Shown: one piece after another, positions 57,143-64,000 of the stretch
Numbering within the stretch: the stretch's first letter is position 1
Layout: every line of letters starts with the position of its first letter
DNA from: a bacterium
Lineage (GTDB): Bacteria > Verrucomicrobiota > Verrucomicrobiia > Limisphaerales > UBA8199
Direction: 5' to 3'
Length of the DNA: 64,000 nt
NCBI GenBank assembly: GCA_021784555.1
Contig: JAJYHY010000002.1
Span: forward strand, 16,827 to 80,826
The notes under the pieces: generated by a model
The model's database searches: none
Seen by the model: the letters and a program-made list of their open reading frames with translations, nothing else
What the model was told of the DNA's origin: nothing
Position numbers and translations under genes: made by a program

Positions 57143-60100
57143 GTGAAAACCGAACTAAACAAAACATCCGAACTGGAACGGTTGCTCCGGGAACGCATCC
57201 TGATTCTCGACGGCGCGATGGGCACCATGATTCAGCGTTGCGGGCTGGAGGAGGCGGCGTTTCGTGGCGAAAGGTTCAAGGATTGGCCGCGCGACCTCAA
57301 GGGCAACAACGACCTTCTGAGCCTGACGCGACCCGGCGTTATCCAGTCCGTTCACCGGCAGTATCTCGAAGCCGGAGCGGATATCATCGAGACGAACACG
57401 TTCAATTCCAATTCGATTTCGATGGCCGATTATGGCCTGGAGGGGCTGGCCTACGAGCTGAATCTCGCTGGCGCAAAGATTGCCAGGGCCGCCTCAGCAT
57501 CATTCCTTGCCCTCCACCCGGAGCGGGCCTGTTTCGTGGCCGGCACCCTCGGCCCAACGAGCAAGACCGCCTCCATTTCACCGGACGTGCAGAATGCCGC
57601 CTTTCGGGCCATCACCTTCGACCGATTGGTGGCGGCTTATTCCGAACAAATCCGGGGGCTGGTGGACGGAGGCGTGGACATCTTGCTGGTGGAGACGGTG
57701 TTTGATTCACTGAACGCGAAGGCCGCCCTGTTCGCCATCGACGCGTATTTCGAGGGAACGGGCCGGCGCCTGCCAGTCATGGTGTCCTTTACCATCACGG
57801 ACCTGAGCGGGCGCACGCTCTCAGGCCAGACGGTGGAGGCGTTCTGGAACTCGGTTTCAAATCATCGGCTCTTGAGCGTGGGCATCAATTGCGCGCTTGG
57901 GCCCAAGGAGATGCGTCCGTTTGTTGAGGAATTGGCAGGGGTGGCGGACATTTTTGTGAGCGCGCATCCGAACGCCGGTCTGCCGAACCCGATGTTGCCG
58001 ACCGGCTTTCCAGAGACGCCGGAGACCTTCGCCCCACAGCTCCGGGACTGGGCCCAGGCCGGGTGGCTCAACCTGGTTGGGGGCTGTTGCGGCACGACGC
58101 CGGAGCATATCCGGGTGCTGGCGGAGATGGTGCGGGGATTGCCCCCGCGGGTTCCGGCGAAGGTCGCGCCCTATACCCGGCTGAGCGGCCTGGAGGCGCT
58201 GACCCTTCGGCCTGATACCAATTTCGTCAATATCGGCGAGCGGACCAACGTGACCGGGTCGCCCAAGTTCGCGAAGTTGGTCCTGGCTGGCGATTACGAG
58301 GCGGGGCTGGCCGTCGCCAAGCAGCAGGTCGAGAACGGCGCGCAGATCATCGATGTGAACCTGGACGAGGCGATGCTCGACTCGCAGAAGGCGATGACCA
58401 CGTTCCTGAACCTGGTAGCGGCGGAGCCGGACATAGCGCGCGTGCCGGTGATGATCGACAGCTCGAAATGGACGGTCATTGAGGCGGGACTTAAATGTCT
58501 CCAGGGCAAAGGGGTGGTCAATTCTATCAGCCTGAAGGAGGGTGAGGAGAAGTTCAAAAGCCAGGCGCGGCTGATTCGGGGTTACGGCGCCGCGGTGGTG
58601 GTCATGGCCTTTGACGAACGGGGCCAGGCCGATTCCTTCGAGCGCCGAATCGAAGTCTGCGAGCGGTCCTATCGAATTCTGACACAGGAAATCGGTCTCC
58701 CGCCCCAGGACATCATTTTCGATCCGAACGTCTTGACGGTTGCCACTGGCATGGAGGAGCACAACAATTACGCCGTCGATTTCATTCGCGCCACGCGCTG
58801 GATCAAGCAGAACCTGCCATTGGCCCGGGTCAGCGGCGGGATTAGCAACATTTCCTTTTCCTTCCGCGGCAACAACCCGGTGCGCGAGGCGATGCACTCG
58901 GCCTTCCTCTACCATGCCATCAGGGCCGGCCTGGACATGGGGATTGTCAACGCGGGCATGCTCGGGGTCTATGAAGAGATACCAAAAGACCTGCTGGAGC
59001 TGGTGGAGGACGTGCTGCTTAACCGGCGCCCCGACGCTACCGAACGTCTGGTCAAGTTCGCCGATTCTGTCAAGAGCCAAGGCAAGGCCGAAGTCCAGCA
59101 GGACGAATGGCGGAGCGGGACGGTCGATGAGCGGCTGAGCCACGCCCTGGTCAAGGGCATCGTCGATTACATCGACCAGGACACCGAGGAGGCGCGGCGG
59201 AAGTATGGCCGTCCGCTGGCGGTGATAGAAGGCCCGCTGATGGCGGGGATGAACATCGTGGGAGAGTTGTTTGGCTCGGGCCGGATGTTTCTGCCGCAGG
59301 TGGTCAAGAGCGCGCGGGTGATGAAAAAGGCGGTGGCCTATCTGCTGCCGTTCATGGAGGCCGAAAAGCTGGCCTCCGGCAATCATCGCGCCCAGGGCCG
59401 CATCCTGATGGCGACGGTCAAAGGCGACGTTCACGACATTGGCAAGAACATCGTGGGCGTGGTGCTCGGCTGCAACAATTACGAGATTATCGACCTGGGG
59501 GTCATGGTGCCTTCGGAAAAAATCCTGCAAGTCGCGCGCGAGAAGGACGTGGACCTGGTGGGCCTGAGCGGCCTGATCACGCCTTCGCTCGATGAAATGG
59601 TTCACGTGGCCAAGGAGATGCAGCGCCAGGGATTCTCCCTTCCGCTGCTTATCGGAGGCGCCACGACCAGCAAGGCGCATACGGCGGTGAAGATCGCTCC
59701 CGGCTATTCCCATCCGGTGGTTCACGTCCTGGACGCCTCACGGGCGGTCGGGATAGTGGCAAAGCTGATGAATCCCGAACTCAAGCCGGCCTTCCTCGAA
59801 GAGCTCCGCGGCGGCTACGAGCAGCTCCGCAAACAGCATGGCGAACCCCGCGCCAAACCGCTCCTTTCGCTGGCTGAGGCGCGAGCGCGGCGCCTCTCCA
59901 TTGAGTGGCGGCCGGAGCAGCTTCCCAGGCCGGAATTCACGGGGGTACGAGTGCTGGCATCGGATGCCCGCGCGGCGGCGGCCTCGGACGGGGTTGCGGG
60001 GCGCAACGGCGAAGGGCCAAAGCAAGAGCAGGGGAAAGGGAAAGAGCAAGAGCAGGAGCAAGAGGCTTTGAACGGGGCGGGCGGGCGGAACGGCGAGAGG

Positions 60101-61027
60101 CCGGCGCCGAGCGTTATTCGATTGGAAGACCTGGTCCCCTATATTGACTGGTCGCCGTTCTTCCACACCTGGGAGATGCGCGGGCGCTATCCGGCGATTC
60201 TGGAGAACCCGGAGGCCGAAAAGCTCTTCGAAGACGCGCAGGCGCTCCTGGACCAGATCGTCGCGAAAAACCTCCTCGTCGCTCGCGGGGTCTATGGGTT
60301 TTTCCCGGCTAATTCGGTCGGCGACGACGTGGAGCTTTACTCCAACGGTTCCCGCGCCCATCCGCTGGCCACCTTCCATTTCCTGCGACAGCAGATGGAC
60401 AAGCCCCAGGACCAATTCAACCTCTGCCTGGCCGATTTCGTCGCGCCCAAGACCCTCAAAACGTCCGCGCTCGCGCCGCTCCCGGATTATATCGGGGCGT
60501 TCGCGGTCAGCGCCGGCTTTGGCGCGGAGGAACTGTGCCGGCAATTCGAGCGCGACCACGACGACTACAATTCCATCATGACCAAGGCCCTGGCCGACCG
60601 CCTGGCCGAGGCCTTCGCCGAATTCCTCCACGAACGGGTGCGGCGCCAGTGGGGCTACGGCAAAGATGAAAACCTGGCCAAAGAGGACCTCCTCCGCGAG
60701 CGCTACCGCGGCATCCGGCCCGCCGCCGGCTATCCCGCCTGCCCCGACCATACCGAGAAATGGACGCTCTGGAAGCTGCTCGACGTAGAAAAGAACACCG
60801 GCATCCGGCTCACGGAAAGCTGCGCGATGTGGCCGGGCGCCAGCGTCAGCGGCCTCTACTTCGCGCATGAGCGGTCAAAATATTTTGGCGTGGGCAAGAT
60901 CGACCGCGCTCAGGTCCTCGATTATCAAGGCCGCAAGCAAATGGACCTCCGCGCGCTGGAACGCTGGCTGGGGCCATGTCTGGACTACGAGCCGGAGCCC
61001 GCTGTGGATTTGCGATTTGCGATTTAG
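57143..61027 (+). CDS. metH: Cobalamin-dependent methionine synthase
   Basis: [46 protein letters not shown]. Confidence 0.97.
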   Translation: MKTELNKTSELERLLRERILILDGAMGTMIQRCGLEEAAFRGERFKDWPRDLKGNNDLLSLTRPGVIQSVHRQYLEAGADIIETNTFNSNSISMADYGLEGLAYELNLAGAKIARAASASFLALHPERACFVAGTLGPTSKTASISPDVQNAAFRAITFDRLVAAYSEQIRGLVDGGVDILLVETVFDSLNAKAALFAIDAYFEGTGRRLPVMVSFTITDLSGRTLSGQTVEAFWNSVSNHRLLSVGINCALGPKEMRPFVEELAGVADIFVSAHPNAGLPNPMLPTGFPETPETFAPQLRDWAQAGWLNLVGGCCGTTPEHIRVLAEMVRGLPPRVPAKVAPYTRLSGLEALTLRPDTNFVNIGERTNVTGSPKFAKLVLAGDYEAGLAVAKQQVENGAQIIDVNLDEAMLDSQKAMTTFLNLVAAEPDIARVPVMIDSSKWTVIEAGLKCLQGKGVVNSISLKEGEEKFKSQARLIRGYGAAVVVMAFDERGQADSFERRIEVCERSYRILTQEIGLPPQDIIFDPNVLTVATGMEEHNNYAVDFIRATRWIKQNLPLARVSGGISNISFSFRGNNPVREAMHSAFLYHAIRAGLDMGIVNAGMLGVYEEIPKDLLELVEDVLLNRRPDATERLVKFADSVKSQGKAEVQQDEWRSGTVDERLSHALVKGIVDYIDQDTEEARRKYGRPLAVIEGPLMAGMNIVGELFGSGRMFLPQVVKSARVMKKAVAYLLPFMEAEKLASGNHRAQGRILMATVKGDVHDIGKNIVGVVLGCNNYEIIDLGVMVPSEKILQVAREKDVDLVGLSGLITPSLDEMVHVAKEMQRQGFSLPLLIGGATTSKAHTAVKIAPGYSHPVVHVLDASRAVGIVAKLMNPELKPAFLEELRGGYEQLRKQHGEPRAKPLLSLAEARARRLSIEWRPEQLPRPEFTGVRVLASDARAAAASDGVAGRNGEGPKQEQGKGKEQEQEQEALNGAGGRNGERPAPSVIRLEDLVPYIDWSPFFHTWEMRGRYPAILENPEAEKLFEDAQALLDQIVAKNLLVARGVYGFFPANSVGDDVELYSNGSRAHPLATFHFLRQQMDKPQDQFNLCLADFVAPKTLKTSALAPLPDYIGAFAVSAGFGAEELCRQFERDHDDYNSIMTKALADRLAEAFAEFLHERVRRQWGYGKDENLAKEDLLRERYRGIRPAAGYPACPDHTEKWTLWKLLDVEKNTGIRLTESCAMWPGASVSGLYFAHERSKYFGVGKIDRAQVLDYQGRKQMDLRALERWLGPCLDYEPEPAVDLRFAI

Positions 61028-61533
61028 GGGAATTTGCGATTTTAGATTTGCGATTTTAGATTTGCGATTTGCGATTTGCGGTTTGGCGGCGCGTTTGAGA
61101 GCCTGGGGCCATGAACGAAGCTGAGTTGAAGCAGAGAACAAAGAAGTTTGCCTTGCGCGTCTTGAGGCTCGTGGCGGCGTTGCCGCGAACGACGGAGGGC
61201 CGCGCCATCGGAGGCCAGTTGGTCCGCAGCGGCACTTCCGTGGGCGCCAACTATCGCGCTGCCTGCCGTGGACGTTCGAAGGCCGAGTTTATCTCCAAGC
61301 TGGGGACCGTAGAGGAAGAAGCCGACGAGTCCGCATACTGGATGGAGCTGATCGTTGAAGCAGGCCTGTTGAAGGCACAGCGCGTGAGAGCACTGCTCGA
61401 TGAGGCAACCGAACTCACAGCTATCATGGTTGCGTCCCGCATCTCGTCCTCACGGCGTCCTTAAATCGCAAATCGCAAATCTAAAATCGCAAATTGCCCT
61501 AAATCGCAAATCGCAAATCAAAAATCTAAAATC
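61007..61533. mobile_element. Four-helix-bundle gene cassette bounded by inverted heptamer arrays (IVS-like)
   Basis: 61007-61063 and 61463-61519 are reverse complements at 54 of 57 positions; mobility is inferred. Confidence 0.6.
61111..61464 (+). CDS. Four helix bundle protein (23S rRNA IVP / TIGR02436-like)
   Basis: QLVRSGTSVGANYR.ACRGRSKAEFISKL..VEEEADES.YWMEL. Confidence 0.92.
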   Translation: MNEAELKQRTKKFALRVLRLVAALPRTTEGRAIGGQLVRSGTSVGANYRAACRGRSKAEFISKLGTVEEEADESAYWMELIVEAGLLKAQRVRALLDEATELTAIMVASRISSSRRP

Positions 61534-61534
61534 C

Positions 61535-62653
61535 TCACCACGGTTTCCGCTTGTTCATCTCGGTAACGATGGTCCGGCGCAGGGCCAGGGCGTCGATGCT
61601 GCCGGTCTCGCTGTAAAGGATCTTGCCTTCGGGCGACATCAGGACCGTGTAGGGGACGGCGCCCTGCCAGTCCGGGTTGAAGGCGTCGATGAGTTTGTCC
61701 CGGTCGGCACTGGCGAAGATGAGGTTCCGGCACGAGGCCTGTTCCTTCTTCAGAAAGCCGAGCACGCTCTGCCGCTCCTCTGGACGGTTCATCGAAACGG
61801 TCACCAGCTCGAACTCGCGATGCCGGTACATGCGGTTCATGGTCACGAACTCATGGAACTCGGCCATGCATGAGGGGCACCACGTCGCCCAGAAGTTGAC
61901 CAGGCGGAACTTGCCGGAAGCGTTCTTGCGCAGCGCCCGGAGGGCCTGGGCATCCGCGGGGGCGAGGGACACCGGCTCGGCCGCCAATTGCGCCATGTAG
62001 GCCCTGACCGAGGCCTCCTTGCCGGCCCATTTGGTGGAGCACCCGATCACTCGGGTATGGGTGACCTGCGGCTGGCGGCCAGCCAGCAGCGCGTCAATGG
62101 CGTCGCGGACATAATGGCGTTTCACGTATTGAACTCGCTCCGAGTCGTCAATGGCGCCGACGTAACGGAGTTTGCGCGCCGAATCGAAGACGAATGCGTG
62201 CGGCGTGGCCACGGGCCCGTAAGCGCGCGCGGTTGCCTCGGTGTCGCCGTCATAGAGATAGGGATAGTTGAAGTGCCGGGCGCGGGCGCGGAGCTTCATT
62301 TCCGCGAAAGAATCGCTCAGGTCGGTCCAGCCCAGTTCATCGAGCCGAATGGCCTTTGGGTCATTGGGCATGATGGCCACTACCGCCACGCCTTTGTCCT
62401 TGTAGTCGGCAACCAATTGCTTGATGCGTGGCTCATAGTACTGCGCCGTCGGGCAATGGTCGCAAGTGAATATGATGACCAGGGCCTTGGCCCCGGCAAA
62501 GGATTTCAACGAATATTGGCGCCCATCCACACCCGGCAGGTTGAAGTCGGGCGCAGGCGAACCCAATGGGAGTGTCCGGGGCTGAAAATCCTCGGCGCAT
62601 ACCGCGCCCGGCAACGTGGCCGCGAGCAAGAAGGAAAACAGGAGCGATTTCAT
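61535..62653 (-). CDS. Secreted two-domain redoxin/thioredoxin-like protein
   Basis: Signal peptide; APDFNLPG, CDHCP, GCSTKW; second domain NFWATWCPSC. Confidence 0.85.
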   Translation of the reverse strand: MKSLLFSFLLAATLPGAVCAEDFQPRTLPLGSPAPDFNLPGVDGRQYSLKSFAGAKALVIIFTCDHCPTAQYYEPRIKQLVADYKDKGVAVVAIMPNDPKAIRLDELGWTDLSDSFAEMKLRARARHFNYPYLYDGDTEATARAYGPVATPHAFVFDSARKLRYVGAIDDSERVQYVKRHYVRDAIDALLAGRQPQVTHTRVIGCSTKWAGKEASVRAYMAQLAAEPVSLAPADAQALRALRKNASGKFRLVNFWATWCPSCMAEFHEFVTMNRMYRHREFELVTVSMNRPEERQSVLGFLKKEQASCRNLIFASADRDKLIDAFNPDWQGAVPYTVLMSPEGKILYSETGSIDALALRRTIVTEMNKRKPW

Positions 62654-63039
62654 ATCCTGGTAGATTACCCGCCGTGCGAGAGCCTGCAAGCCGGAGGATC
62701 TGCGATTTAACGACGCGGCCGCGTAATTTATTGTCGCGCCCAGTGGCGGGTGCAGCCCCGGCCAGGGCGATTGCCAAGGCGCGCCGGTCCGATGCCAAGG
62801 CGAGGAATGAGCCTGCTTGCGCAAGCGAGTATAGATCCCTCCGCTCCTTCCAGTCACTTCCTTCTTCTGTCACCGTAGGGGACTGTCTTCGCTGAGGTGC
62901 GCACGCCACTTATATTTTTTCATTTTTTTGCTTGATCCAATCCCGGCCACGTGATAATAGTCGGCCAAGTTCCCTCATCCGGCGCCGAAGGCAACCTCCC
63001 CTAGCGGCCGAAAGAGAGACGAACAAAAGAACTATCCTT

Positions 63040-64000
63040 ATGAACAAACGCAACCTAATCAAAGGAAAAACGAGAATCCCAATTGCCCTTATGGGGGCAC
63101 TCGGTTTGAGTTGCGCCGCCGCCCTGGCGGGCAGCTTCACCGATGACTTCAACACCAACCCCACCAACGTGGACTTTGGCGGGACACTTTGGGATGGCTT
63201 TACGGCCTCCCACACCGGCAGCGCCAACTGGCAGACGAACGGCGGCGCCGGTCCCTTCGGCAACACCGCCAACGGCCCCGTCAGCGGGGTCAACGGCGAC
63301 GGCTTTCTCCAACTGACTTTCGCCAGCACCCAGTGCGGGGCGAGTGCCACCCTTTCCAGCTACCTAAGCGGGTGCGTGCTCTTTCCGGACTTTGACCACG
63401 GACAGGTTGTGGCCGGTTTTACCTTCGAATGCGACATGCGCGTCGGCAACGGCAACCCCAACCCGGCCGACGGTTTCAGCCTCAATTATGTGCGCGCAAA
63501 CGATCCGGTTCTCCTGGCTCTGGAAGCCGGCGACACCTTCCCGCAAATGAACAACACCGGGCCCTCGCCCAATGGCGGCCAGTTCTCCGACAACGGCAGC
63601 TCGGGCGACATCAGCCTCATGGAGGAAGGCACCAAAACCGGCCTCAGCCTCGGATTCGACATGTGGGACAGCGGGGATTACACCATTCCACCCGCCGCGC
63701 CCGCCATCGGCACGGAGTTGCCCGGCATCACGCACGATGGCATCGGGCTGGACGTCCGCATCGACAACGTCCTGCAAGAAACGGTGCCCATGCCCAATGG
63801 CACGACGCAGACGCGGACCATCAACGGCATCACCGCCACCACTTTCGATGAGCACGGCAACCCCTTGTATGCCACCGACACCACCGGGGCGAACGCCGCC
63901 ACCGATCCAACGTCGCTTGAAACCGGGCCGCATGATGGTACCGGCTGCGATTCACACCTGAAGTGGGTGCATTTGAAAGTGGTGATGGACACCAACGGCG
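63040..64000 (+). CDS. Large secreted lectin/ConA-like domain protein, runs off the window end
   Basis: Open frame from ATG63040 (MNKRNLIKG...SCAAALAG signal); FTFECDMRVGNG..PADGFSLNY, EEGT..GLSLGFDMWD. Confidence 0.65.
   Translation, partial: MNKRNLIKGKTRIPIALMGALGLSCAAALAGSFTDDFNTNPTNVDFGGTLWDGFTASHTGSANWQTNGGAGPFGNTANGPVSGVNGDGFLQLTFASTQCGASATLSSYLSGCVLFPDFDHGQVVAGFTFECDMRVGNGNPNPADGFSLNYVRANDPVLLALEAGDTFPQMNNTGPSPNGGQFSDNGSSGDISLMEEGTKTGLSLGFDMWDSGDYTIPPAAPAIGTELPGITHDGIGLDVRIDNVLQETVPMPNGTTQTRTINGITATTFDEHGNPLYATDTTGANAATDPTSLETGPHDGTGCDSHLKWVHLKVVMDTNG

Noticed and set aside
56860-57143. SAM or cobalamin riboswitch upstream of metH
   Set aside because: I could not find the conserved cores; the region is explained by a REP doublet and a possible operator.
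59955-60115. Intein in MetH
   Set aside because: Too short, with no Cys/Ser start or His-Asn end.
61111-61464. Avd of a diversity-generating retroelement
   Set aside because: No reverse transcriptase or TR/VR pair is visible in the window; motifs fit the IVP/TIGR02436 branch.

Overview
GC-rich bacterial chromosome segment. Gene content and the integrase subfamily suggest Verrucomicrobiota (inference). Housekeeping and metabolic genes include lactonase, two cyclophilins, larB/larC, pilT plus a PilT/PilU paralog, an NtrC-type regulator, frr, metH and several carbohydrate-active or secreted proteins. A tRNA-Ala(CGC) at 18217-18292 borders a decayed ~10.5 kb integrative island (~18.3-28.8 kb). 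The island carries an atypical tyrosine integrase, an intact two-gene graspetide (ATP-grasp RiPP) cluster, a divergent HTH/helical-repeat protein, and truncated methyltransferase and nuclease remnants. Intergenic DNA is packed with short-period tandem repeats (6-10 nt units) and REP/MITE-like palindromes. The most striking structure is a four-helix-bundle (IVP/Avd-like) gene enclosed by a 57-bp near-perfect inverted repeat built from AATCGCA/AATCTAA heptamers. ORF-less relatives of this cassette occur elsewhere in the window, and in one of them the heptamer sits at the -35 position of two divergent leaderless promoters. Other oddities are a non-canonical MotA/ExbB + ExbD-like pair, a probably catalytically dead sulfatase, and repeat-derived in-frame insertions in LarC and MetH. 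All calls are by eye from motifs; no database searches were run.
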